From Cupriavidus necator (lineage in GTDB: Bacteria; Pseudomonadota; Gammaproteobacteria; Burkholderiales; Burkholderiaceae), in the NCBI RefSeq assembly GCF_016127575.1, contig NZ_CP066018.1, forward strand, positions 300,001-332,000: 32,000 nt of DNA, read 5' to 3'. A program made the position numbers and the translations under genes. This document shows positions 8,351-16,613 of this stretch, in pieces; positions within the stretch are counted from its first letter, which is position 1; every line of letters begins with the position of its first letter. The notes beneath the pieces were generated by a model. That model was not told where the DNA came from, did no database searches, and saw only the letters and a list, made by a program, of their open reading frames with translations.

Positions 8351-9238
8351 ATGACCGACACCGACCGAACCACCGCGGACAGTCCGTTCTACCTGTACCA
8401 GCCCGAGGGCGAGCCCGCGGCGCTGTTCCTGGACTCGCCGCACAGCGCGACGACCTACCCGACGGACTTCCGCCCCGACCCCGCCCTGCCGCTGCCGCTG
8501 CTGCGCCAGGCCGAAGACACCTTTGTCGACGAGCTCTACGCCGGCGCCCCGGCGCGCGGCATCGCGCTGCTGTGCGCGGGCTTCCCGCGCAGCTACCTGG
8601 ACGCCAACCGCGCGCTGGAAGAAATCGACGAAGCCCTGCTCGACGCACCCTGGCCCGGCGCCCGGCAGGAGACCGCCAAGACCCGGCTGGGCAAGGGCCT
8701 GGTCTGGCGCGTGCTGGACACCGGCGAGGCCATCTACGACCGCAAGCTGAGCGTGGAAGAAGTGCAGGCGCGCATCAACCGCTGCTACCTGCCCTATTAC
8801 GCGCAGCTGCAGAAGCTGGCCGACCGCGCCGTGGCCAGCCACGGCAGCGCCTGGCATATCAACTGCCATTCGATGCCGAGCCACGCCGCGCCATTCGCCA
8901 CCGAGTTCCCGGGGCTGGAGCATCCGGATTTCGTGGTCGGCGACCGCGACGGCACCACCTGCGACAAGCGCTTCACCGACCGGGTCGAGGGCGTGCTCAA
9001 GGAGATGGGCTACGACGTCTGGCGCAATCACCCGTACAAGGGCGTGGAGATCGTGCGCGTGGTGGGCCAGCCCCAGGCCGGCTGCCACAGCCTGCAGCTG
9101 GAGGTCAACCGCAAGCTCTACATGGACGAGGTGGGCCTGACGCATACCGCGGGCTTTGCCAGGCTGCGCCATGACCTGAACCTGCTGCTCGACGAACTGC
9201 TGCGCTTTACGCGCTCGATGCCGTCGCGCGTGGCCTGA
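8351..9238 (+). CDS. N-formylglutamate amidohydrolase (FGase/HutG) family hydrolase
   Basis: 295 aa. FGase-family pattern: FLDSPHS, SYLDANR, WHINCHSM, FVVGDRDGTTC, NHPYKGVEIV, LQLEVNRKLYMDE. It starts 15 nt after the Bug gene, so it is probably co-transcribed. No other hut genes are nearby. Confidence 0.8.
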   Translation: MTDTDRTTADSPFYLYQPEGEPAALFLDSPHSATTYPTDFRPDPALPLPLLRQAEDTFVDELYAGAPARGIALLCAGFPRSYLDANRALEEIDEALLDAPWPGARQETAKTRLGKGLVWRVLDTGEAIYDRKLSVEEVQARINRCYLPYYAQLQKLADRAVASHGSAWHINCHSMPSHAAPFATEFPGLEHPDFVVGDRDGTTCDKRFTDRVEGVLKEMGYDVWRNHPYKGVEIVRVVGQPQAGCHSLQLEVNRKLYMDEVGLTHTAGFARLRHDLNLLLDELLRFTRSMPSRVA

Positions 9239-9246
9239 CCCGGGCC

Positions 9247-9291
9247 GGGGCTGCGCCACGCAGCCCCGCATAAGCTGCGGGTTCACCGCAG
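9247..9291 (+). terminator. Two GC-rich hairpins downstream of the amidohydrolase gene
   Basis: GGGGCTGCG-CCA-CGCAGCCCC (9247-9267) and CTGCGG-GTTCA-CCGCAG (9275-9291). No strong U-tract follows, so terminator function is plausible but not certain. Confidence 0.45.
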
Positions 9292-9375
9292 TTGTGCGAA
9301 ACAGGGGATTCCTGCTAGAGCACAAGTCACTTGTTGCACGACATCATGCGTTAGAAGAATGGGTAACAAGATTTA

Positions 9376-9403
9376 GGAACTTTGTCAGATAGGTTTCCTC
9401 TAT
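9376..9403 (+). promoter_or_regulatory. Candidate RpoE/AlgU-type (ECF) promoter
   Basis: GGAACTT (9376-9382), 16 nt, then TCTAT (9399-9403). This matches the proteobacterial sigmaE/AlgU consensus GAACTT-N16/17-TCtgA at most positions. It lies in an unusually AT-rich stretch about 85 nt upstream of the lipoprotein gene. Confidence 0.4.
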
Positions 9404-9487
9404 CATGGCATTCCTTTGCGAACCCATCTTGCCTGCCGGCCCTACGGCGCCGCGGGCAAACCGAAGAACGCACACACCGCTCACACC

Positions 9488-10276
9488 GTGATCCGACGAA
9501 TCTCCGAACTGCTCGGCAGCCAGCTCCGCATGGTGGCTGCCGCAGTGGCCGGTGCGATCGCGCTGGCAGGCTGCGCCAATATGCCGGCCGAAGATGCCAG
9601 CGCCGGCCCTGCACCTGCCCCGGCACCCGCCGCCGCGCCCGCCCGACCTGCCGCCGCCGCCCCGGCACCCGCCACTCCCACGCCACCCACCAAGACCGTC
9701 ACCCTGCCCGACCGCGGCCGCGTCAGCCTGTCCGAGTACCGGACCCGCATGCGCGAACAACTGATGAAGACCGAGAACGCCACCAGCGACGTGGCGGACT
9801 GCGCCGCCCACGCCAGCTGGGTGGTGCCGCGCTCGGCCAGCTACGATGCATTGAAGATCCCCACCGGCGCGCTCGCCGCGGGACAGGCCACGACCGAGCC
9901 ATGGAGCGGACGCTTCTCGCCCGGCAAGCAGGCCGTACCGGTCAGCTCGGTGGTCACCTTCGCCGCCACCGCGCACAAGCGCCGCGGCAGCGACGACTGG
10001 CAGCCGGTGAAGGTGCGCTGCGGTTATGACGACGGGATGATGCTGGCGTATGAGCTGCTGGACAGCGGCGGCGCCACCATCAGCGAACCGGCTGCCGCGC
10101 CGGCCGTGCCTGCTGCTACGCAAGCTTCGGCAAGCAAGAGCCGCAAGGGGGCCAAGGGCAAGAGCACGGTATCGAAGTCAAGCAAGGCGACGGCGTCCAG
10201 GTCGTCGAAGTCAACGAGCGCCAAGTCCACCTCCGGCTCGGCCAAGACGACCAGCAAGGCCAGGAAGAAGCAATAG
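9488..10276 (+). CDS. Hypothetical lipoprotein with Ala/Pro-rich linker and Lys/Ser-rich basic C-terminal tail
   Basis: In-frame GTG at 9488 gives VIRRISELLGSQLRMVAAAVAGAIALAGC, with a charged n-region, hydrophobic core and LAGC lipobox. ATG 9530 is the alternative start. The mature part runs APAPAPAAAPARPAAAAPAPATPTPP, then a roughly 130-aa globular region, then SKSRKGAKGKSTVSKSSKATASRSSKSTSAKSTSGSAKTTSKARKKQ. I do not recognise a family. Confidence 0.65.
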   Translation: MIRRISELLGSQLRMVAAAVAGAIALAGCANMPAEDASAGPAPAPAPAAAPARPAAAAPAPATPTPPTKTVTLPDRGRVSLSEYRTRMREQLMKTENATSDVADCAAHASWVVPRSASYDALKIPTGALAAGQATTEPWSGRFSPGKQAVPVSSVVTFAATAHKRRGSDDWQPVKVRCGYDDGMMLAYELLDSGGATISEPAAAPAVPAATQASASKSRKGAKGKSTVSKSSKATASRSSKSTSAKSTSGSAKTTSKARKKQ

Positions 10277-10316
10277 GCGCAAAGCGGGCGCACCGCGTCC
10301 GCGCCAACGCCGTTCC

Positions 10317-10344
10317 GGCCCACCCGGTTTCGTCCGGTTGGGCC
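10317..10344. terminator. Hairpin between convergent genes (bidirectional terminator candidate)
   Basis: GGCCCACCCGG-TTTCGT-CCGGTTGGGCC (one mismatch) followed by GTTTGCGTT. It sits between the lipoprotein stop (10276) and the M14 peptidase stop (10357). Confidence 0.55.
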
Positions 10345-10356
10345 GTTTGCGTTGGC

Positions 10357-11499
10357 TCAGCCCAGGTAGTCCAGGATCGCCTGCAGCATCGCCATCCCCA
10401 GCAGCGCACTGCGCGCCCCGTTCCAGCCGACCGCCGGATCCGGCAGGTCGGCATTGTCCTTGAACGGCATCTCCAGCGTCAGCGCCAGGCAGCCGAAGGT
10501 ATGCCCGATGTACTTGGACGCCAGCTTGAGCGCATCCGCGTTGTACTTGCTGGCCGCGTAGCCGTGCACATCCTGGAAATCCGGCGAGACCCGCTTGAAG
10601 GCCTCGATAAAGCGCTGCTGCTCGCGCCGGCGCGCCTCGGTAAAGCCCGGCAGCATCTCGCTGCCGGCGACGAAGTTGTACGGCAGTCCCTCGTCGCCAT
10701 GGATGTCGAAGAACATGTCGCAGCCGCTGGCCTCGATGGCGCGGCGCACGTGGTAGACCTCGGGGCTGGTATCCGGGCTCGGCGCCATCCACTCGCGGTT
10801 CAGGTTGGCGCCGGCGGCGTTGGTGCGCAGGTTGCCGCGCGCCGAGCCGTCCGGGTTCATGTTCGGCACGATATGGAACACCGCGCGCTCCAGCAGCTTG
10901 CGCGCGACCGGGTCGCCCGCCCACATGCCGGTGCCGGTCAGGCGCTGCAGCACGCCTTCGACAAACCATTCGGCCATGCTCTCGCCCGGGTGCTGGCGCG
11001 CGATCATCCAGATGGTCTTCTTGCCGGGGCCGGGCTGGCCCAGCGTGACGCGGGTCATGTCGCGCCCGTCCACGGTGCTGCCCAGGTGCGACAGCCGCGC
11101 CAGCGGCGAGCGCTGGCAGCTGGCGAGCAGCGACAGGTGGCGCTCATCCGGATACGGCTCGAAATACGCAAACCAGATGCTGTCGTGCTCGGGCGTGAAT
11201 TCCACCGTCATCACCTGGCCGTCAAAGCGCGTCGGCACGCGGAACCAGTTGGCGCGGTCGTACGAAGCCACCGCGCGGTAGTCGCGCCATCCGTCCGGGT
11301 AGGTGCAGTCGCCGGCGTTCAGGAAGTGCATCCGGCACGCCTGCCCCGCCGCGCCCTGCAGGCGGAAATGGAACCATTGGCGGAAGTCGGCGTGCGAATC
11401 GGCGCGGATGCGCAGGCGGATATCGTCGGCGCGGTCGAGCGCCTCGACCTCGATGGCGCCGGAGTCGAATTGCGAAGAGATGTGCAAGGCGGCAGGCAT
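10357..11499 (-). CDS. M14-family zinc carboxypeptidase, cytosolic carboxypeptidase (CCP)-like with N-terminal beta-sandwich domain
   Basis: 380 aa with no signal peptide. Zn-binding HxxE (ARQHPGESMAEW) and a second His (FFDIHGDEG). The N-terminal roughly 130 aa (ISSQFDSGAIEV ... WFHFRL ... WFAYFEPY) is typical of bacterial CCP-like M14 proteins. Confidence 0.85.
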   Translation of the reverse strand: MPAALHISSQFDSGAIEVEALDRADDIRLRIRADSHADFRQWFHFRLQGAAGQACRMHFLNAGDCTYPDGWRDYRAVASYDRANWFRVPTRFDGQVMTVEFTPEHDSIWFAYFEPYPDERHLSLLASCQRSPLARLSHLGSTVDGRDMTRVTLGQPGPGKKTIWMIARQHPGESMAEWFVEGVLQRLTGTGMWAGDPVARKLLERAVFHIVPNMNPDGSARGNLRTNAAGANLNREWMAPSPDTSPEVYHVRRAIEASGCDMFFDIHGDEGLPYNFVAGSEMLPGFTEARRREQQRFIEAFKRVSPDFQDVHGYAASKYNADALKLASKYIGHTFGCLALTLEMPFKDNADLPDPAVGWNGARSALLGMAMLQAILDYLG

Positions 11500-11525
11500 G
11501 GCTGGCAGTCTCGTGGCGATGGGTT

Positions 11526-12311
11526 TCAGTCTTCCAGGCGGCGGCGGAACACCCAGCGGGTGGTATCCGAGGCCGCGGCGTCGAAGGCGTAGCCGTCTTC
11601 GGCAAAGCGCTTGAGCTTTTCCGGCTCGGTCACGCGCTGCGTCACGGCGTAGCGCGCCATGGTGCCGCGCGCGCGCTTGGCGTGGAACGAAATGATCTTG
11701 TAGCGGCCGCCCTTCCAGTCCTCGAACACCGGCGTGACGATCCTGGCCTGCAGCACCTTGGGCCGCACCACCTTGAAATATTCTTCCGAGGCCAGGTTGA
11801 CCAGCACCGGCGCGCCTTCCTGCCTAAGCGCGGCCATGTCGGCGTTGATCATCTGCGTGACATCGTCGCCCCAGAACGCGTACAGGTCCTTGCCGGCAAC
11901 GTTGTCGAGGCGCGTGCCCATCTCCAGCCGGTAGGGCTGCATCCAGTCCAGCGGGCGCAGCACGCCGTACAGGCCGGACAGGATGCGCAGGTGCTTCTGC
12001 GCAAAGCCGAGGTCGTCGGCCGACAGCGTTTTCGCGTCGAGGCCGTCGTAGACGTCGCCATTGAAGGCCAGCACCGCCTGCTTGCTGTTGGCCGCGGTGA
12101 ACTCCGGCGACCAGTCGCCGTAGCGCGTCACATTGAGCACCGCGAGCTTGTCGGAGATGTCCATCAGCGCGCCCACATCCTGCGGCGCCAGCTTGCGCAG
12201 GCGCTCGATCAGCGTGGCGGAACGGTCGATAAAGCGCGGCAGCGTATGGGTCTTGAGGCGCGGGGGAGTCTCGTAGTCCAGCGACTTGGCGGGAGACAAA
12301 ACGATGAGCAT
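11526..12311 (-). CDS. yaaA: Peroxide stress protein YaaA (DUF328/UPF0246)
   Basis: The credible start is ATG 12311 ([17 protein letters not shown]...), the canonical YaaA N-terminus. The track ORF reaching 12518 is over-extended. 261 aa. The stop is 26 nt upstream of the M14 gene start on the same strand. Confidence 0.9.
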   Translation of the reverse strand: MLIVLSPAKSLDYETPPRLKTHTLPRFIDRSATLIERLRKLAPQDVGALMDISDKLAVLNVTRYGDWSPEFTAANSKQAVLAFNGDVYDGLDAKTLSADDLGFAQKHLRILSGLYGVLRPLDWMQPYRLEMGTRLDNVAGKDLYAFWGDDVTQMINADMAALRQEGAPVLVNLASEEYFKVVRPKVLQARIVTPVFEDWKGGRYKIISFHAKRARGTMARYAVTQRVTEPEKLKRFAEDGYAFDAAASDTTRWVFRRRLED

Positions 12312-12360
12312 GGCAAAATCGCGGCAGTAGCCAAGGACAAACAAGCCAAGATTGTAGCGA

Positions 12361-12888
12361 ATGCGCCTCGACACCACCGCAACCACCCTCTTCGCCAGCC
12401 CCGCCGGCGTCACATCAGCGCCGCGCGTGGTGCTGGACTCCAACATCTGGGTGGACCTGCTGGTCTTCCGCGACCCGCATGTGGAGCCGATCCGCACCGC
12501 GCTTGAGGCCGGCACCATCGCCCCGGTGATCCGCGCCGACTGCCGCGAGGAACTGCGGCGGGTGCTGGCCTATCCGCAATTTGCCCGCTTTGACATCGAT
12601 ATCGATGCCGCGCTGGCCACCGTCGACCGCCTCGCCAGCCTGGAAGCCGCGCCGCCGCAGGCCGACTACGACGCCATCCGCCTGCCCCGCTGCAAGGACA
12701 CCGACGACCAGAAGTTCGTTGAGCTGGCGCACTTTGCCGGCGCCGCCTGCCTGGTATCGAAGGACAAGGCCGTGCTCAAGCTGCGCACCCGCCTGCGCCG
12801 CAGCAGCGGCGTGGAAGTGATGACGCCGCCGGCCTTCGGCGCCTGGCTGGCCACGCTTGGCGCCGCCAGCGCCGCCGATCCGCTTTAG
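12361..12888 (+). CDS. PIN-domain protein (PIN_3 / putative TA-system toxin family), solitary
   Basis: [12 protein letters not shown] (first acidic PIN residue), [13 protein letters not shown] and LVSKDKAV are typical of the stand-alone PIN_3 family. The start is uncertain: ATG 12361 (175 aa) or in-frame GTG 12427 (153 aa, begins directly at VVLDSNIW). Confidence 0.75.
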   Translation: MRLDTTATTLFASPAGVTSAPRVVLDSNIWVDLLVFRDPHVEPIRTALEAGTIAPVIRADCREELRRVLAYPQFARFDIDIDAALATVDRLASLEAAPPQADYDAIRLPRCKDTDDQKFVELAHFAGAACLVSKDKAVLKLRTRLRRSSGVEVMTPPAFGAWLATLGAASAADPL

Positions 12889-12971
12889 AATGTCGGCTCC
12901 CGGCGCCGCCTACGTGGTGGCGCCGCACGCCTGATCGCATCCCGTCCCCACCGCATCGACACGTTCGCATC

Positions 12972-14153
12972 ATGTCCGCAGACACCACCCACACCCAGTT
13001 GACGCCGCTGACCCCGCCGCCCTCGCGCCTGCCCGCAGTCGGCACCACCATCTTCACCGTGATGTCCGCGCTGGCCACCGAGAAGAACGCCGTCAACCTG
13101 GGCCAGGGCTTCCCGGACTTCGACTGCGACCCCAGGATCGTCGATGCCGTGACCGCCGCCATGCGCGCCGGCCATAACCAGTACCCGCCGATGGCGGGCG
13201 TGCCGCGCCTGCGCCAGGCCATCGCCGCCAAGATCGCCAGCCTCTATGGCCACCAGTACAGCTGGGACACCGAGATCACCGTCACCGCCGGGGCCACCCA
13301 GGGCATCCTGACCGCGATCCTGTGCGCGGTGCATCCGGGCGACGAGGTGATCGTGCTGGAGCCGTGCTACGACAGCTACCTGCCCGCGATCGAGCTGGCC
13401 GGCGCCACCGCCGTGCCGGTCACGCTGGAAGCGCCGGAATTCCGCGTGCCCTTCGACAAGCTGGCCGCCGCGATCACGCCGCGCACGCGCATGATCCTGA
13501 TCAACACGCCGCACAACCCCACCGGCACGATCCTGCGCGCGGCCGACATGGACCAGCTGGCGCAGATCCTGGCCGGCACCGACATCCTGCTGCTCTCGGA
13601 CGAAGTCTACGAGCACATGGTCTACGACGGCCAGCAGCACGCCTCGGTCTCGCGCCATCCTGAGCTTGCGCGCCGCAGCTTCGTGATCTCCAGCTTCGGC
13701 AAGACCTATCACGTGACCGGCTGGAAAGTCGGCTACGTGGCCGCGCCGGCCGCGCTGATGGCCGAGTTCCGCAAGGTGCACCAGTTCAACGTGTTCACCG
13801 TGAACACGCCGGTGCAGCATGGCCTGGCCGACTACATGGCCGATCCCGCGCCCTACCTGCAGCTGTCGGCGTTCTACCAGGCCAAGCGCGACTTCTTCCG
13901 CGCCGGGCTGGCCAACAGCCGCTTCAAGCTGCTGCCGTCGGACGGCACCTACTTCCAGTGCGTCGACTACTCGGCCATTTCCGACCTGAGCGAGGCCGAC
14001 TTCGCCATGTGGCTGACGCGCGAGATCGGCGTGGCCGCGATCCCGGTCTCGGCCTTCTACACGCAGCCGCGTGAATCGGGCGTGGTGCGTTTCTGCTTTG
14101 CCAAGAAGGAAGAGACGCTGGCGCTGGCGCTGGAGCGGCTGGCCAGGCTGTGA
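12972..14153 (+). CDS. PLP-dependent class I/II aminotransferase (YbdL / kynurenine-glutamine transaminase-like)
   Basis: 393 aa. NLGQGFPDF, NQYPPMAGVPRLRQAIA, VLEPCYDSY, INTPHNPTG, SSFGKTYHVTGWKVGY (PLP lysine in SFGK). Confidence 0.88.
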   Translation: MSADTTHTQLTPLTPPPSRLPAVGTTIFTVMSALATEKNAVNLGQGFPDFDCDPRIVDAVTAAMRAGHNQYPPMAGVPRLRQAIAAKIASLYGHQYSWDTEITVTAGATQGILTAILCAVHPGDEVIVLEPCYDSYLPAIELAGATAVPVTLEAPEFRVPFDKLAAAITPRTRMILINTPHNPTGTILRAADMDQLAQILAGTDILLLSDEVYEHMVYDGQQHASVSRHPELARRSFVISSFGKTYHVTGWKVGYVAAPAALMAEFRKVHQFNVFTVNTPVQHGLADYMADPAPYLQLSAFYQAKRDFFRAGLANSRFKLLPSDGTYFQCVDYSAISDLSEADFAMWLTREIGVAAIPVSAFYTQPRESGVVRFCFAKKEETLALALERLARL

Positions 14154-14155
14154 TG

Positions 14156-14193
14156 AAAACAAAAACGCCCGCGATGAATTCGCGGGCGTTTTT
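14156..14193. terminator. Bidirectional Rho-independent terminator
   Basis: AAAACAAAAACGCCCGCG-ATGAATT-CGCGGGCGTTTTT. A perfect 9-bp stem flanked by an A-tract and a T-tract, between the convergent aminotransferase and GST genes. Confidence 0.85.
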
Positions 14194-14225
14194 CACACAT
14201 GCGGCAGTTCACGCCGCTTCGCTTA

Positions 14226-14867
14226 CTACTTGCTGCGGCTCGCCATCAGCTCAAGATTGGCCTTGCGGTCGGCATTGACCTTCTGCACCGATTCACGCGC
14301 CGACAGCGTCTTCAGGTAGTCCTTGACCGGCAGGTCGGCCAGCAGGTCGGTGCCGTAGATGATCTTGGTGCACGACGACACCAGCGGCAGGTGCGCCGCG
14401 GCGGCGCAGTCGGCCAGCGTGAAGGTGTCGCCGGCGATATACGGCGAGAACTTCGCCAGCTTGGCGAAGGCGGGGACATAGCGCGTCAGCAGCTTGTGCT
14501 GGCGGTCCTTGACGCCATCGCTGACCTTGCCGCCGAAGAATGCCTCGGGGTACAGCTCGCGCGCGGTCAGCTCCAGGTACAGTTCCATGAAGACGACGAT
14601 CTCGCGCACCTTGGCGGCCTGGTACGGGTCGAGCGGCAGCAGCGGCGTCTGCGGATAGGCCGCCTCGACGTAGTCGACGATGGCTTCGGACTCGCACAGC
14701 GGGCCGGATTCGGTGATGATGTAGGGCACCTTGCCCGCGGGCGTGGCCGCCAGGTCGGTCTGGCCGATCCAGGCCAGCACCTCTTCGAACGGCACGTTCT
14801 TTTCCAGCAGCGCCAGCTTCACTTTGTTGTAGTAGTTGCTGGCGGCAAAACCGCAGAGCTTCAGCAT
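14226..14867 (-). CDS. Glutathione S-transferase family protein
   Basis: The credible start is ATG 14867 (MLKLCGFAASNYYNKVKLALLEK...) with a GGAGAG SD. It has a thioredoxin-like N-domain (GKVPYIITESGPLCESEAIVDYV) and a helical C-domain. 213 aa. Confidence 0.85.
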   Translation of the reverse strand: MLKLCGFAASNYYNKVKLALLEKNVPFEEVLAWIGQTDLAATPAGKVPYIITESGPLCESEAIVDYVEAAYPQTPLLPLDPYQAAKVREIVVFMELYLELTARELYPEAFFGGKVSDGVKDRQHKLLTRYVPAFAKLAKFSPYIAGDTFTLADCAAAAHLPLVSSCTKIIYGTDLLADLPVKDYLKTLSARESVQKVNADRKANLELMASRSK

Positions 14868-15015
14868 GTCGTCTCTCTCCGTTATTGGAATGATCCCCGC
14901 ATCGCACGGTGCGGATGTCGGGTGATTGTGGACCATCCGGGGTCTGCAGTGTACCGGCTGGCCGATCAGCGCACGCCGCCTGCCCCGCCGGACTGTTGCG
15001 GAAGGTGCAAAAAAC

Positions 15016-15033
15016 GTACGATCGTGCTAATTT
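15016..15033 (+). promoter_or_regulatory. Palindromic operator candidate abutting a -10-like hexamer
   Basis: GTACGATCGTGC (core ACGATCGT, a perfect palindrome, 15018-15025) is directly followed by TAATTT (15028-15033), 24 nt before the dehydrogenase ATG. Confidence 0.3.
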
Positions 15034-15056
15034 AACCACAACTTTTGGGGCAACTG

Positions 15057-16580
15057 ATGAGCACTTTCACCATCGATACGCTGGGTATCGTCGGCACCGG
15101 CGCCATGGGCCGGGGCATCGCGCAGATCGCCGCGCAGGCGGGCCTGACCGTCAACCTGTACGACGCCAACCCGCAAGCCGTGGCCGCCGCGCGCCAGTAC
15201 CTGCAGGACACGCTGGCCAAGCTCGCCGACAAGGGCAAGATCAGCGCCGCCGACGCAGAGGCCACGCTGGCCCGCGTCAAGCCCTGCGGCACGCTGGAAG
15301 ACCTGGCCGGCTGCGACATGGTGCTGGAAGCCATCGTCGAGAAGCTGGAGGTCAAGCGCGACCTGATCGCCAAGCTCGAAGCGGTCCTGCGTGAAGACGC
15401 CGTCATTGCCTCCAACACGTCGTCGCTGTCGATCACCGCGATCGCCGTGGGTTCAAGGCACCCGGGCCGCATCGCCGGCTACCACTTCTTCAACCCGGTG
15501 CCGCTGATGAAGGTGGTCGAGGTCATCGACGGCCTGTCGGGCAACCCCGCGGTGGGCGACGCGCTGATGGCGCTGTCGCGCCGCATGGGCCATACGCCGG
15601 TGCGCTGCAAGGACATGCCAGGCTTTATCGTCAACCATGCCGGCCGCGGCATGAATATCGAAGGCCTGAAGGTCGCGCAGGAAGGCGTGGCCGGATTTGC
15701 CGACATCGACAACATCATGCGCGAGCAGGCCGGCTTCCGCATGGGCCCGTTCGAGCTGATGGACCTGACCGGGCTGGACGTGTCGCACCCGGTGATGGAA
15801 TCGATCTACAACCAGTTCTACCAGGAACCGCGCTACCGCCCCTCGCCGATCACCGCGATCCGCGCGGTCGGCGGGCTGATCGGCCGCAAGGCGGGTGCTG
15901 GTTTCTATTCGTATGCCGATGGCCAGAAGCAGGTGCCGGCAGCCGCCGCGGTGCCGGGCGCACGTCCGTCGAGCGTGTGGGTCAGCCACGCCAGCGAGCG
16001 CGGCCACGCCATGGTGACCAAGCTGCTGGGCGCGCTGGGCGTGACCCCGGAAGGCGGCAACAAGCCGTCGGCCGACGCGCTGATCATCGTCACCCCGCTG
16101 GGCCTGGACGCCACCACCAGCGCGCTGCAACAGGGCCTGGACCCGGCCCGCACGGTTGCCATCGACACGCTGCTGCCGTTCGAGGCCACCAAGCGCCGCA
16201 CGCTGATGACCACGCCGGCCACCAGCGCCGCCGCCCGCGATGCCGCGCACGGCCTGTTCGCCAGCGACGGCGTGCCGGTCACGGTGATCCGTGATTCGGC
16301 CGGCTTCGTCGCGCAGCGCGTGCTCTGCTGCATCATCAATATCGCCAGCGATATCGCGCAGCAGCGCATCGCCACGCCGTCGGACATCGACCTCGCCGTC
16401 AACCTGGGCCTGGGTTATCCCAAGGGCCCGCTGGCGCTGGGCGATGCGGTCGGCCCGCAACTGGTGCTGGAGACGCTGCGCAACATGGAAGCGCTGACCG
16501 GCGACATGCGCTACCGCCCGAGCCCGTGGCTGTGGCGCCGTGCCGGCCTGGGCCTGTCGCTGCTGGCCGAAGAGCAGTAA
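15057..16580 (+). CDS. 3-hydroxyacyl-CoA dehydrogenase, long PaaH/PaaC-type architecture
   Basis: MSTFTIDTLGIVGTGAMGRGIAQIAAQAG (Rossmann GxGxxG), NTSSLSIT, HFFNPVPLMKVVEV, PGFIVNH. A duplicated C-terminal domain ends in GYPKGPLALGD ... RYRPSPWL, collinear by eye with E. coli PaaH as I recall it. About 507 aa. Confidence 0.88.
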   Translation: MSTFTIDTLGIVGTGAMGRGIAQIAAQAGLTVNLYDANPQAVAAARQYLQDTLAKLADKGKISAADAEATLARVKPCGTLEDLAGCDMVLEAIVEKLEVKRDLIAKLEAVLREDAVIASNTSSLSITAIAVGSRHPGRIAGYHFFNPVPLMKVVEVIDGLSGNPAVGDALMALSRRMGHTPVRCKDMPGFIVNHAGRGMNIEGLKVAQEGVAGFADIDNIMREQAGFRMGPFELMDLTGLDVSHPVMESIYNQFYQEPRYRPSPITAIRAVGGLIGRKAGAGFYSYADGQKQVPAAAAVPGARPSSVWVSHASERGHAMVTKLLGALGVTPEGGNKPSADALIIVTPLGLDATTSALQQGLDPARTVAIDTLLPFEATKRRTLMTTPATSAAARDAAHGLFASDGVPVTVIRDSAGFVAQRVLCCIINIASDIAQQRIATPSDIDLAVNLGLGYPKGPLALGDAVGPQLVLETLRNMEALTGDMRYRPSPWLWRRAGLGLSLLAEEQ

Positions 16581-16613
16581 GCCCGCCACCGCCCCACCGA
16601 CCGAGCCACGCCC

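Noticed and set aside
7268-9325. 685-aa minus-strand ORF
   Set aside because: It is antisense to the Bug and FGase genes, both of which have clear family motifs. Its composition is low-information and Arg/Gly/Ala/Val-rich. It is a GC artefact.
9344-9406. AT-rich 20-codon minus-strand ORF (MIEETYLTKFLNLVTHSSNA) with an AAGGAA box 4 nt upstream
   Set aside because: It is too short to support from sequence alone and the SD spacing is tight. It lies on the opposite strand directly under the candidate sigmaE-type promoter. It is most likely chance in an AT-rich intergenic region. It would need ribosome profiling or conservation evidence.
12885-14162. 425-aa minus-strand ORF opposite the aminotransferase, and likewise 27578..28909 opposite the ACAD
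   Set aside because: Both are mirror-frame artefacts. The plus-strand products carry the PLP-lysine and ACAD family motifs respectively.
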